Sequence record: PP777464.1
Source: Escherichia phage fEgEco12
Reading direction: 5' to 3' (one strand)
Length of the DNA: 64,000 bases
The notes beneath the pieces are model-generated. The model searched no databases, was not told the origin of the DNA, and worked only from the letters and a program-made list of their open reading frames with translations. Shown in pieces: positions 18,524 through 28,390 of this stretch (its first letter is position 1; every line of letters starts with the position of its first letter). The position numbers and the translations under genes are program-made.

Positions 18524-18891
18524 TGGAAATTGCACTTATTATATTAACTGCTATGTTGTTTATTAGTACAATTGTTATTATTGGCAAGTTCTTCTGTGTA
18601 TCCTTCTTGGAAACCGTATACGATGAAATTGCTGATGATTATGAATTACATGCGGGATTTTTTACTACGTATTGGATTAGTTTATTACTACTTATCACTG
18701 TATGGATTTTACATATATTCAAATGGGGTATGGTAGATGGTGATCCAGTACTGGCAATTATCTGTGTAGTGTTTGGTCTACTCGGTGGTGCTGTCCATAA
18801 TCTGATGGTAATTTGGCAAACCGTACAATATGTATTAGTTCCACATTTTCAGAGAATGCACCAAAGCATCAAATACCGCAAACGAGGATAA
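18523..18891 (+). CDS. small membrane protein, paralog family
   Basis: ATG with GAGGG RBS; track start 18520 is GTG. Confidence 0.5.
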   Translation: MEIALIILTAMLFISTIVIIGKFFCVSFLETVYDEIADDYELHAGFFTTYWISLLLLITVWILHIFKWGMVDGDPVLAIICVVFGLLGGAVHNLMVIWQTVQYVLVPHFQRMHQSIKYRKRG

Positions 18892-18892
18892 C

Positions 18893-19255
18893 ATGAATAA
18901 TATTGAATTATCTTTTATTGGTCAATTAATGGTAATGGCGTATACATTTATCTTCTCACTGAATGCATTCGTGTGCATTGGGAAGTACTTCCATAAGCGA
19001 CCATTATCAAATATATATGATGTAATACAAAGGAGATATAGTCCAGCATATACTGTGTTGAGTACAGCATTCAATTTTGGTTTTATTCTAATGCTGGTTG
19101 CATTATTAACATCGAGTTCGAATTTTATAACATTTGGTATTATGGTATGTTCACTAACACTGTGTGTGGTTATTCTCTGTGCATCCGTTGAGTTGCTGGC
19201 ATGGATGTATAATAAGATTTCCGAAATCCATGAGCGTTTAGGTAAGAGGAACTAA
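18893..19255 (+). CDS. small membrane protein, paralog family
   Basis: RBS GAGGA. Confidence 0.5.
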   Translation: MNNIELSFIGQLMVMAYTFIFSLNAFVCIGKYFHKRPLSNIYDVIQRRYSPAYTVLSTAFNFGFILMLVALLTSSSNFITFGIMVCSLTLCVVILCASVELLAWMYNKISEIHERLGKRN

Positions 19256-19256
19256 A

Positions 19257-19628
19257 ATGAGTTATCGTGAAATATTTTCGATCATTACTATTATTGTGTT
19301 TAGTTTAGGTTCTTTGATTTGGTTATTGTATTACTTCTGTGTAACCCCAGTATATAATATGCTAAATTCAGTTCGCTCTGATGTTGGTATTGTTTCTTTT
19401 ATTATCTTCATGACATATTATATGCTAAGTATCACAGGTTTGGTTTTGGTTGTTATCTTTGACCTTGGACCGAATCAAGATGGCATGGAGATGTGGGAAT
19501 TGATAACGATGTTTGCATGTATGATACCTGCATTTGGTGTATGTGCTGGTGTATTTTATGGGTTGTGTAAAGGTGTGAACTACTTAAAAAATATCCACAA
19601 TACTATTCGTAAAAAACGTATGTTATAA
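19257..19628 (+). CDS. small membrane protein, paralog family
   Basis: RBS AAGAGGA. Confidence 0.5.
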   Translation: MSYREIFSIITIIVFSLGSLIWLLYYFCVTPVYNMLNSVRSDVGIVSFIIFMTYYMLSITGLVLVVIFDLGPNQDGMEMWELITMFACMIPAFGVCAGVFYGLCKGVNYLKNIHNTIRKKRML

Positions 19629-19632
19629 TAAA

Positions 19633-19660
19633 AAATCCAGTACTATAATAGTACTGGATT
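19633..19660. terminator. bidirectional terminator hairpin (ATCCAGTACTATAATAGTACTGGAT) between convergent genes
   Basis: perfect inverted repeat flanked by A/T runs between + gene end 19628 and - gene end 19665. Confidence 0.7.
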
Positions 19661-19664
19661 AATT

Positions 19665-20789
19665 TTAATTATCTAAGCCACCAATTACACTGAACTGTGT
19701 GGTAACGTCTGAACTATTATCTATGTAAGTTCTTCTACCAACATAATATAGTTGTCCTTTTGCTTGAATAAAAGTTACGGTCCCTGTATTGAATGTTATA
19801 ATATCATTGTATGTAATGTCAGGTGGTAGTGCTGCTGATAACGCAGTAACTTTACTTAATGCAGCACTAGTACTACCATTTATACCAGCAGCAATACTAC
19901 CAGTACCATAGAACTTATTATCTTTACCAATGAATACGTTGGCTGATGCTTGTGTAGCTGATGTTATTGCCTTACCAATTTGGAATGCGGTTCCTATGGT
20001 GTATGGTGTGCTCCTGGCTGCGTCTATGCTTTGTGTATATCCATCCCCTAGCTGACCATTAACTTTGTCACCACATGAGTATAGAGTACCATTGAGGCTG
20101 TATATGATCCCACGGTTAGAGAAGCTAACAGCTTCTGCATTAGTCCATACTGGTGCGGTGTATGAGTTTACACGACTAGCGGTAGTTCCTAGACCTAGTA
20201 TACCATATGTGTTATCACCACATCCAAACCATTGTCCAGAACTGTTTTGATAGAACACTGAACGTTCTGTTGATTCCATGCGTACAGCATCCACAGCACC
20301 ACTTTTAACGAACGAAGTTGATGAGGATGTAGTACCAGTACCCAATGCACCATAAGTGTTTGTACCAATCGCATAGATTGATCCTAGTGGTGTCATAACA
20401 CGTATGCAGTTATATCCCAATTGAACTTTACATTCAAATAGGTTGTCCCATATTTCAGGAACAGCAGAAAATAAATTTGTAATTTCGAACCATGATGTTG
20501 TCGAATCAGTTAATCCAATACTGCTTTTGTTTCCTAAAATGAAAACAGTTTTGTCCTTCTTAATTATCCATGATGATAGGAAACCTATCTCACAGCTATG
20601 AACATTTGATTCTATTTGGGTAATATAATACTTAACTGTGTTATCACCCATGAATGCCGCAGCACCGGATGCAAAAAGGTTTCCAGTTTGTTTATTTAAA
20701 ATGTAGTTATTGTTTCCATATACACTAACATCATAAGAACTTTCTTGTTTTTCGTTCCCATAATCAAATAACAATACGAAAGGTAACAT
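19665..20789 (-). CDS. RCC1-like repeat protein, array member 1 (leader MLPFVLLFDYGN)
   Basis: repeated G.N..GQLGDG-type motifs; shared N-terminal leader. Confidence 0.75.
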   Translation of the reverse strand: MLPFVLLFDYGNEKQESSYDVSVYGNNNYILNKQTGNLFASGAAAFMGDNTVKYYITQIESNVHSCEIGFLSSWIIKKDKTVFILGNKSSIGLTDSTTSWFEITNLFSAVPEIWDNLFECKVQLGYNCIRVMTPLGSIYAIGTNTYGALGTGTTSSSTSFVKSGAVDAVRMESTERSVFYQNSSGQWFGCGDNTYGILGLGTTASRVNSYTAPVWTNAEAVSFSNRGIIYSLNGTLYSCGDKVNGQLGDGYTQSIDAARSTPYTIGTAFQIGKAITSATQASANVFIGKDNKFYGTGSIAAGINGSTSAALSKVTALSAALPPDITYNDIITFNTGTVTFIQAKGQLYYVGRRTYIDNSSDVTTQFSVIGGLDN

Positions 20790-20866
20790 GATAAAATCTC
20801 CTTGTGTTATACTTTATTTAATCATTTTATAATGTACAATTTTACAGCGATTTAATTGAGGTACTC
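20790..20866. promoter_or_regulatory. divergent promoter region (array member 1 and + gene 20867)
   Basis: AT-rich; TATAAT-like boxes on both strands. Confidence 0.4.
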
Positions 20867-21517
20867 ATGAATAAAAGAAGTAAGTTCTATCAAGAATATT
20901 TCACTAAACAGAAACGATTCACAAAAAAATACTTTACATCATCCCACCGACCAGTTGCAAGTTACAAACGTCCTAATACTAACTATCTTACTGGTGGCAA
21001 GTTTAGTGCAAAGTTCGAATTACTTATGCGTGAAAAGAATATCAAGATGCATTACGCAGAGACGAGAAAAAACTCATCAATTATTTGTTCTGATTTTCTT
21101 GAGTACGGTTGTTTAACTTATAAATTCAACGATGTATATTTGTATATTGATGTTGATTGTAACAGTACTCGTATGTTTGAGATTTCAATTCACCCAAATC
21201 ACAACCGTTATATAAACATTAACTTGGTTGATAAAGTACTGATTGGTATATCTAGTACTGATGGTGGTGGATTTGAATTTATTGCTTCAAAATATGATGA
21301 GGACTTTGTACTGTTCCCAGTACTTGATGATGTGAAAGATATTCTCAATTCATTAAAAGGAAGTCAATACAAATTATCTGAAGAACAGCTATTTCAGTAC
21401 TCACTTATTCATGATGATATCGAGATATACTTAGAGTGTGCGAGAATATTGGAGTATCTTTATAATGAACTAACAACAACTGGTAAAGTGACAGCATTCA
21501 CATTATATAATATGTAA
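20867..21517 (+). CDS. hypothetical protein (216 aa) embedded in the array on the opposite strand
   Basis: ATG with GAGG RBS. Confidence 0.55.
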   Translation: MNKRSKFYQEYFTKQKRFTKKYFTSSHRPVASYKRPNTNYLTGGKFSAKFELLMREKNIKMHYAETRKNSSIICSDFLEYGCLTYKFNDVYLYIDVDCNSTRMFEISIHPNHNRYININLVDKVLIGISSTDGGGFEFIASKYDEDFVLFPVLDDVKDILNSLKGSQYKLSEEQLFQYSLIHDDIEIYLECARILEYLYNELTTTGKVTAFTLYNM

Positions 21518-21549
21518 AAGAAAAGCCAGTACATAGTACTGGCATTATA
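21518..21549. terminator. bidirectional terminator hairpin GCCAGTACATAGTACTGGC
   Basis: inverted repeat between convergent genes. Confidence 0.6.
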
Positions 21550-22686
21550 TTAAACTGGTGGAGAATTATATGGCTCAAATTTATAAGTTGTCGTAGCAGT
21601 ACCAGCAATGGCGTTGTTAGCTAGTATGTACATAGTCCTGTAGTCGATTACCACTACAGTAATACTACCACCAAAAGCATAGTCTGTTATGTTATTAGTG
21701 TTGAATGGTAAATTAGATGAACTGGTCCATGTATTAGCTGTTGTGCTATTTGTACCATTGGAATAACCTACACTAGATGCACCAGTTGTCCATAAGTTTC
21801 CATCATTGAACAAGGAGACATGGTTAGTTGTATATGATTTATTAGGTATAGAACTATCAATTGGTGTATTCCAAACTTTAGTAACCCATGTTGTAACTGC
21901 TGTATTATTAGTAACGCCATTACCTAATGAACCATTTATTGGTATACCTCTTATATAAGAAGTGTTAGTACTAGGGTCAACATATCCAAATGTATATGTA
22001 TCAAATGCAAATTGAAAACAATCAGAACTCGGTAATGTGTACAGTAATGTATATGAAGACGTGTTTATTGATGAATTTGTACCGTTCACGCCTTGGTATA
22101 AAATACCACTAGCCAATATTTGATTATTATTTTTTGTTATAGTGTTCATTGATGGATATGTTTTCACATCACGCACATCATTAGTCACATATGTTTGTGT
22201 TGATAATGCAACGTTACTACCATTACCTATAACCCCTGTATTTGCACCACTCCCATAAAGTGAACCATCATTCAAAAGAACCATTGTAACATTACCATTT
22301 CCCGTAATTGTTTTAATATTACTAACATCCACCGCAGCAAATACAGTTGATGTTAAATCAGTGAAACGTGTATAATGTGATGTTGTGCCATTGATTGGTG
22401 TCGCAAAACCAGAATACAAAATTCTATTTTCTTTGGTAATAAGGAATGTGCCAGTAACACCATTTGAATGGATATCAACAATATTATCGCCCATTAATAC
22501 CCAATCACTTACGAATGTTGTTGTACCAGTACCCAACCCATATGTCGTATTGTATCCACGTCCATACACTCTACCATCACTGAGTAATGTTACCACACAT
22601 TGACCACCACCACCAAGGATAACTTTTTGGATAGTACTCTTTACTTTTATATTCCCGTACTTAACCATTCTTGCAAAAGGTAACAT
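21550..22686 (-). CDS. RCC1-like repeat protein, array member 2 (leader MLPFARMVKYGN)
   Basis: GYNTTYGLGTGTTT-type motifs; only RBS upstream, co-transcribed with member 3. Confidence 0.75.
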   Translation of the reverse strand: MLPFARMVKYGNIKVKSTIQKVILGGGGQCVVTLLSDGRVYGRGYNTTYGLGTGTTTFVSDWVLMGDNIVDIHSNGVTGTFLITKENRILYSGFATPINGTTSHYTRFTDLTSTVFAAVDVSNIKTITGNGNVTMVLLNDGSLYGSGANTGVIGNGSNVALSTQTYVTNDVRDVKTYPSMNTITKNNNQILASGILYQGVNGTNSSINTSSYTLLYTLPSSDCFQFAFDTYTFGYVDPSTNTSYIRGIPINGSLGNGVTNNTAVTTWVTKVWNTPIDSSIPNKSYTTNHVSLFNDGNLWTTGASSVGYSNGTNSTTANTWTSSSNLPFNTNNITDYAFGGSITVVVIDYRTMYILANNAIAGTATTTYKFEPYNSPPV

Positions 22687-22700
22687 TCTTTTTCTCCTTG

Positions 22701-23849
22701 TTATATTGATGGCATATCCAACACATATGAGTTGCTAGTGATTGATGAATATGTAGAATTTAAACCTGTACTATAAACATAATCACCTGCCCATAAGAAT
22801 GTTCTATCCAATGTTGTATGTATTTCAATATCATCATATGATGATAATGATATTTGTGCCAGTGTATATGTAGTAGCATCAATGTTTGAACCAATACCCA
22901 AAGTACCATTGTATTGTGATTGGGAGTTTTGACCAGTTGCATATATACCAGATTTGGTTATTAAATGCTGATTGTACATTGACGTACCTTTAAACAATTT
23001 AATTAAATTAGAGTTGGGTGTTGTTATTTGTGCAGGAGCAAGTATTGTTGTTGTAGTGCCACCATCACCCAATTGACCATATCGTTGGTAACCACCAGCG
23101 TATACCTGTTTAACTCCAGCAGTAGTTTCTATAATAAAGAATGAACCATAGCCAGTAGTATTAAAGTCTATTATTTTATTTGTACTCAAACCAACATTAT
23201 ATCTAGTAAATGTTGTTGCATTTGCTGAACCACCAGCATTCCCACCGACCATTTGACCACTATAATAAAATGCACCAGTACTGTCAGTATAAGCCATACA
23301 GTTTTCACTACCATATATTTTCACTGGTGTACTGGGGAAACTAGAGGTTATATTCACACATGTATTATATTTTGCAGTAGTTCCAGTAATTTCACCATTG
23401 TTGTTTTGACCAATGACCCAAACTGTGTCATCTGAACGTATAGCCATTGAGCTATAAAACGAGGATACAAATTGTTTAATAAAGGAACCAGGGAGAGAAG
23501 TAAGCATACTATTGATTTGTGCACTCACATTGGTCCATGTATTCACAACTGAATTGACACCTGCTGCTGCACCGGAACCAGAACTCCACCATGATTCATC
23601 ATTCTTTTTAATCAATGTACCGTTAGCAGAGCAATAAACATCAGCAACTGAACTATTAACTAATATCCATTCCCTCGCTGCTGTTGTATTACCAGTACCT
23701 AGCTGTCCTGCTGCATTACTACCCTTAGCATATAAATCGCCATTCTGCGTTAAAAGCATAGTATGTTGGTATCCAGTTGACAATTTCTTTATTTTTGGTA
23801 ATGCTGGTGCTTCATTTCCATAATCAAACATTCTAACAAAAGGTAACAT
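22701..23849 (-). CDS. RCC1-like repeat protein, array member 3 (leader MLPFVRMFDYGN)
   Basis: GSNAAGQLGTGNTT, YQRYGQLGDGGTTT motifs. Confidence 0.75.
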   Translation of the reverse strand: MLPFVRMFDYGNEAPALPKIKKLSTGYQHTMLLTQNGDLYAKGSNAAGQLGTGNTTAAREWILVNSSVADVYCSANGTLIKKNDESWWSSGSGAAAGVNSVVNTWTNVSAQINSMLTSLPGSFIKQFVSSFYSSMAIRSDDTVWVIGQNNNGEITGTTAKYNTCVNITSSFPSTPVKIYGSENCMAYTDSTGAFYYSGQMVGGNAGGSANATTFTRYNVGLSTNKIIDFNTTGYGSFFIIETTAGVKQVYAGGYQRYGQLGDGGTTTTILAPAQITTPNSNLIKLFKGTSMYNQHLITKSGIYATGQNSQSQYNGTLGIGSNIDATTYTLAQISLSSYDDIEIHTTLDRTFLWAGDYVYSTGLNSTYSSITSNSYVLDMPSI

Positions 23850-23926
23850 AATTCCCTCCTTTATTCATTATACTATATTTAATCAAAAAGAAAAGCCAGC
23901 ACTCTGTACTGGCATAGTATTAAGGT
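23850..23926 (-). promoter_or_regulatory. array cassette: terminator hairpin + TATAAT + AAGGAGG RBS
   Basis: conserved about 75-bp cassette. Confidence 0.6.
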
Positions 23927-25057
23927 TTAAATATTTTTATAATTAATTTCTACATAGTTACGTTGTGTTCCAGTATATCCTGGAACATTACCTATATTTC
24001 CATTACCTGCACCAAACAGACGTTCTCCGACTGCAAAATATGTCCCATAGAAACAACCATCAAACACAGGAACATCATTATAATTTGATATGTAATTATC
24101 CATAGAATCCATTCTAGTGTATACTGTCAGAGCTACATTCGTACCCATACCATATGCACCATACGGGTTAGTACCAGCAACATAATACCCAGTGGGTGTA
24201 CATATTACTGGTGAATTTGCCCCTGATCTCGTGTGGATAAATCTAAATGTACCTTCAGGTACTGGTGCTTCTTTACTGAATAATGTTGTAGCTACTACTG
24301 GGTAATCAATACCATAACTATTACCACTCAACCACGTTTTACCATCACTATCTTTGAATAATGAACAGGATTGTGTGCATCCGAACAGATTCAAATTGGT
24401 TACATTTGGAAATTTACTAATTTGTGTATATACCAGAACTGTGGTTGCGGCAGCACTACCAAGTTGTCCACGACCATTATCACCCGCACTGTACATGTAC
24501 CCATCGGTCTTTAATATTATACTAGCGTTTCCTAAAATATCAAAATCAACAACATCCGTTTGTGTTAATGTAGCTATAGGATAACGAAAATTCACTGCCT
24601 CACCAGTACCAAATTGACAATTGGTGTTTGCCCCACATCCATATAAGTTGCCGTTTTGCATTAATATAAACAAACCTGTTGTCATTTTAATTTTCTTAAT
24701 ATTAAGAATATCTATATCTTGGAATATGTGTGTTACATTTACAAATGTGGTTGAGTTAACAGCACTTGAACCATAATAAGAACCGTTCCCGCTGCCAAAG
24801 AATTCATCGCCTTTTCTGTACATTGCACATAGACTACCACCCCATACATCATCAACCCCAGTGTCAATTTGAATAACAGAAGTAACACTAGTTGTTGTAC
24901 CAGTGCCAAGTTCACCACCTGAATTGTATCCAAAACCATACAAATCCCCACTTTCTGTTAGCACCAAAACACTGTTATTGGTTGTGCATGAAATCTTTTT
25001 GATATTATTAGATGGTCTTTTATTTCCGTACTTAACCATTCTTGCAAAAGGTAACAT
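23927..25057 (-). CDS. RCC1-like repeat protein, array member 4 (MLPFARMVKYGN)
   Basis: GYNSGGELGTGTTT, GDNGRGQLG motifs. Confidence 0.75.
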   Translation of the reverse strand: MLPFARMVKYGNKRPSNNIKKISCTTNNSVLVLTESGDLYGFGYNSGGELGTGTTTSVTSVIQIDTGVDDVWGGSLCAMYRKGDEFFGSGNGSYYGSSAVNSTTFVNVTHIFQDIDILNIKKIKMTTGLFILMQNGNLYGCGANTNCQFGTGEAVNFRYPIATLTQTDVVDFDILGNASIILKTDGYMYSAGDNGRGQLGSAAATTVLVYTQISKFPNVTNLNLFGCTQSCSLFKDSDGKTWLSGNSYGIDYPVVATTLFSKEAPVPEGTFRFIHTRSGANSPVICTPTGYYVAGTNPYGAYGMGTNVALTVYTRMDSMDNYISNYNDVPVFDGCFYGTYFAVGERLFGAGNGNIGNVPGYTGTQRNYVEINYKNI

Positions 25058-25136
25058 ATTTCCCTCCTTTATTCATTATACTATATTTAATACAAAAAGA
25101 AATGCCAGTATCAAGTACTGGCATAGTTTTATAGTA
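25058..25136 (-). promoter_or_regulatory. array cassette: terminator hairpin GCCAGTA(CTTGA)TACTGGC + promoter + RBS
   Basis: conserved cassette. Confidence 0.6.
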
Positions 25137-26246
25137 TCATTTCGGCATTGTAATTGCAGACCATGAGTTCGTGGTAATAGGACCTGGCACATACAAAAAA
25201 GAACCACAAGCATAAATTTGATTATTACCATCAAATACTATACTAAAATGTGCACATGTGTATAATGCTGATTTTTCTGGGTTGTAATTATCTAAAGTTA
25301 GTGTATTGGTGAATCTACTCAAACCACCACCAGAACCATTTCTACCAAATTCACCAGTACTATATATCTTTCCTTCGGTTGTTGCGTACATATTAACATA
25401 TGAAGTTGCACTTGATTTTGATATTTTATGTATCTTACTATCAATAGTAGTGGAGTTAAATGCAAATGGATATACTTGTGTGTTCGTTGTAATACCGTTA
25501 CCAAGTTGACCAACATACTGCCAACCTGCGTTGTATATATTGCTGGCTGAATAAGCAAGAGTACCAGTACTGTTACCACCAAACAGTTTAACACTGGTTA
25601 ACCTGCTTACTAGTGTAGTATACTGTCCTGGACTTACGCCAAGTGAACCATACCCACTACTCCCACAACCGAGAAGTTCACCATTTGATGTTAATATTAA
25701 TGTGTTATTCTGTGTACCCAATATATCAAGGACTGTATTAGCTCCGGTATTAATAACTGAAACAAAAGTACTCTGAGCCGTGGAATACCCAGCACCGAGT
25801 GAATAGTTACCATTCATGCCTCTACCATAAACAATCGAACCACTAGCATCAACGTAGTGCATTGTATCTACACCAATTGATATCATTTTAATATTAGATA
25901 TATGTGGAAATGAAGAAGTAACATTCAAACCACCCAACTGAATCGTAGTATTTCCTGTGCCTAATTGTGTGGTAACTCCATGCATTATGAATTCTTCACC
26001 CTTGAGATAAAGAATATTGTACGCCCCAGCCCATGCATCAGTAACACCTTCTGAAATTAATATCCAAGTATTTCTTGTTGCTGTATTTTCAACGTTTAAC
26101 TGAAAATAAGTATTAACCCCACAACCATAAAGTGAGCCATCGCCATAGAGGACGTACAAATTATCAAGACCGCACAGTACTTTCTTTATCTTTGGATCTT
26201 CAGGTGCAATATTCCCGTAATCAAACATTCTAACAAAAGGTAACAT
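25137..26246 (-). CDS. RCC1-like repeat protein, array member 5 (MLPFVRMFDYGN)
   Basis: start set at the MLPF Met; track ORF extends through the cassette. Confidence 0.75.
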   Translation of the reverse strand: MLPFVRMFDYGNIAPEDPKIKKVLCGLDNLYVLYGDGSLYGCGVNTYFQLNVENTATRNTWILISEGVTDAWAGAYNILYLKGEEFIMHGVTTQLGTGNTTIQLGGLNVTSSFPHISNIKMISIGVDTMHYVDASGSIVYGRGMNGNYSLGAGYSTAQSTFVSVINTGANTVLDILGTQNNTLILTSNGELLGCGSSGYGSLGVSPGQYTTLVSRLTSVKLFGGNSTGTLAYSASNIYNAGWQYVGQLGNGITTNTQVYPFAFNSTTIDSKIHKISKSSATSYVNMYATTEGKIYSTGEFGRNGSGGGLSRFTNTLTLDNYNPEKSALYTCAHFSIVFDGNNQIYACGSFLYVPGPITTNSWSAITMPK

Positions 26247-26318
26247 ATTTCCTCCTTTATTCATTATACTATATTTAATACAAAAAGAAAAGCCAGTACT
26301 CAAGTACTGGCCTATATT
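26247..26318 (-). promoter_or_regulatory. array cassette (terminator hairpin + promoter + RBS)
   Basis: conserved cassette. Confidence 0.6.
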
Positions 26319-27056
26319 TTAGACTGAATTGTTAGGATAATATCTCCCACGTCCCCATATTATTCGCACAGCACCACCACCAGCAGCAGTATAAGAAGAA
26401 TTATCCCATATACTACCACCACCACCATACCTCTTACCAGCACCACCACTACCAGCACCACCATTATATGAACCACCGTAGCTACCACCAATACCATTAG
26501 CACCTTGAACAATGATACCAGTACCACCACCCGTACCAATGAACGAGGTACTATAGAATGTACCACCCCCACCGCCGCCGCCAGCACCATTTTCACCAGT
26601 GATTGCATCTCCGTTACCACCTTTACCAGTGTAGCCACCAGCACCACCACCAATGACTGCACCACCACTTACACCAGTGTTGCCACCATTACCACCACCA
26701 TCATTAATAGCGTTAGCAGCTTTTCCACCTAGTCCACCAACCGTATATGCACCAGTGAAGCTAACACATAGTTTTTCAGTTCCACGGTATAAACCGTTTT
26801 CAACTGCTGTAGTAGTGTTGGAATGTGTAAGAGAAACACTTAAGTACTCACCACCAGAAACTGGAATATTATTACGCCACGATAAGCCGCCACCAGCACC
26901 ACGTTGACCACCCGGTGAAATAACACATACTGATATTTCGGTAACGCCAGCAGGAACTGTAAATTGTGTTGTTCCTATTGCCGTGATTAATTGTTCACCA
27001 TGTGGCTTATATTCAATTTTATTCCCGTACTTAACCATTCTTGCAAAAGGTAACAT
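26319..27056 (-). CDS. glycine-rich protein carrying the array leader (MLPFARMVKYGN)
   Basis: same leader and cassette, body replaced by poly-Gly low-complexity sequence. Confidence 0.7.
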   Translation of the reverse strand: MLPFARMVKYGNKIEYKPHGEQLITAIGTTQFTVPAGVTEISVCVISPGGQRGAGGGLSWRNNIPVSGGEYLSVSLTHSNTTTAVENGLYRGTEKLCVSFTGAYTVGGLGGKAANAINDGGGNGGNTGVSGGAVIGGGAGGYTGKGGNGDAITGENGAGGGGGGGTFYSTSFIGTGGGTGIIVQGANGIGGSYGGSYNGGAGSGGAGKRYGGGGSIWDNSSYTAAGGGAVRIIWGRGRYYPNNSV

Positions 27057-27128
27057 AATTCCCTCCTTTATTCATTATACTATATTTAATACAAATAATA
27101 ATGCCAGTATCAAGTACTGGCATTATTA
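27057..27128 (-). promoter_or_regulatory. array cassette
   Basis: conserved cassette. Confidence 0.6.
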
Positions 27129-28319
27129 TTACAATTGTCTAGGTGTATCCAGAACATATCTATTTGTTTTAGGACCACCATCATCATAAGTTCCGGTTGA
27201 ATATATATTTTTCATATCAGCAGTCAGGAAAGTACGCAACGAACCGCGATATATTTTTATTTTATCATACATAGAATATGTTATTTCTGACGGCAATGGA
27301 CATGCAGTAAATTTACCAATGGTAGCATCATAACCAACACCCAATGTGCCAGCATAACTACTCGCATTTAAACCAGTTGCATATACACCTGTACTCGTAA
27401 CTAGTATACTAGATTGTGCTGGGTATCCAGTATGGATTGAATAATAAGTACCGGGTGGTAATGTAGCACTATTATTTCCTAAAACTCCATTAACAGTGCT
27501 AGATGTAGTTTTATTTCCCCATGCTCCATTATTAGCTAATCCACCAACTAGAAACTGACGTGCTCCTGTATTTGGATTCTCCACTAAAGCACTGACAGCA
27601 CCAAATGAACAAACAGTATATTGTAATGTTTTTGTATATGTGGTACTTGGCTTATACAAAGTATATTCATTAAATGGTGTCCATGTGGTACTAGTACTTA
27701 TGCCAGATGTACTACCACCAATATATAAATTATTTTGTGTATCATAAAACATTACACAGCTATTTGTTGACTGTATTCGTGCAATATCAACATTAGGCGT
27801 GACAGCTTTTACAAATGAACCATCTGATATTTGATAAGTAGTTCCTGTACCATCTGCGAATTGTCTAGCACTATTCCACCCTGTACTCCATATTGTATTA
27901 TTATCCATTAAGAAAGTAAACCACGTAGTACCTGCATACATCTGTTTAATTGAAGTACTTGAACTTTGTGTGTACAAATTTTCAATATATTGGTTATAAC
28001 TTAAAAATGATGTAGTACTAGTTTCTAAACCAATATGACTACCATATCCACAATAAAAATAATTTAAGTCCTTATCTTGAACTAACAAAGTTCCTTGTGT
28101 CATCCAGCAATCTTTGACATTTTCTCTAATTAATGTCCACGACCTTACTGCATTATTATTTCCTCTACCAAACTTCCCATAACTATTACTACCTCGTGCG
28201 TATAGTTGACCGTCGGTATAAAGTACAACAACCTCAGTATCAGTTGGTATTATTTTCTTAATTTGAAGAGGTTCAGGTGTGATATTCCCATAATCAAACA
28301 TTCTAACAAAAGGTAACAT
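27129..28319 (-). CDS. RCC1-like repeat protein, array member 7
   Basis: GSNSYGKFGRGNNNAVRSW motif; leader. Confidence 0.75.
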   Translation of the reverse strand: MLPFVRMFDYGNITPEPLQIKKIIPTDTEVVVLYTDGQLYARGSNSYGKFGRGNNNAVRSWTLIRENVKDCWMTQGTLLVQDKDLNYFYCGYGSHIGLETSTTSFLSYNQYIENLYTQSSSTSIKQMYAGTTWFTFLMDNNTIWSTGWNSARQFADGTGTTYQISDGSFVKAVTPNVDIARIQSTNSCVMFYDTQNNLYIGGSTSGISTSTTWTPFNEYTLYKPSTTYTKTLQYTVCSFGAVSALVENPNTGARQFLVGGLANNGAWGNKTTSSTVNGVLGNNSATLPPGTYYSIHTGYPAQSSILVTSTGVYATGLNASSYAGTLGVGYDATIGKFTACPLPSEITYSMYDKIKIYRGSLRTFLTADMKNIYSTGTYDDGGPKTNRYVLDTPRQL

Positions 28320-28390
28320 AATTCCCTCCTTTATTCATTATACTATATTTAATCAAAAAAGAAAAGCCAGTATCAAGTACTGGCGTAATG
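28320..28390 (-). promoter_or_regulatory. array cassette
   Basis: conserved cassette. Confidence 0.6.

Noticed and set aside
20065-20250. Plus-strand ORFs inside the minus-strand array (for example 20065-20250, 22385-22603, 24354-24584, 26505-26907, 28746-29621, 30125-30448)
   Set aside because: Antisense to the long RCC1-like genes; several are simply the translation of the complement of Gly/Thr-rich coding sequence.
25137-26303. N-terminal extensions of array genes in the track (MSTGFSFCIKYSIMNKGGNM-, MNKGGNM-, MATIGGIM-, MEILVM- before MLPF)
   Set aside because: The extension is the in-frame translation of the conserved promoter/RBS cassette; every copy has the AAGGAGG RBS positioned for the MLPF methionine, so I placed the start there.
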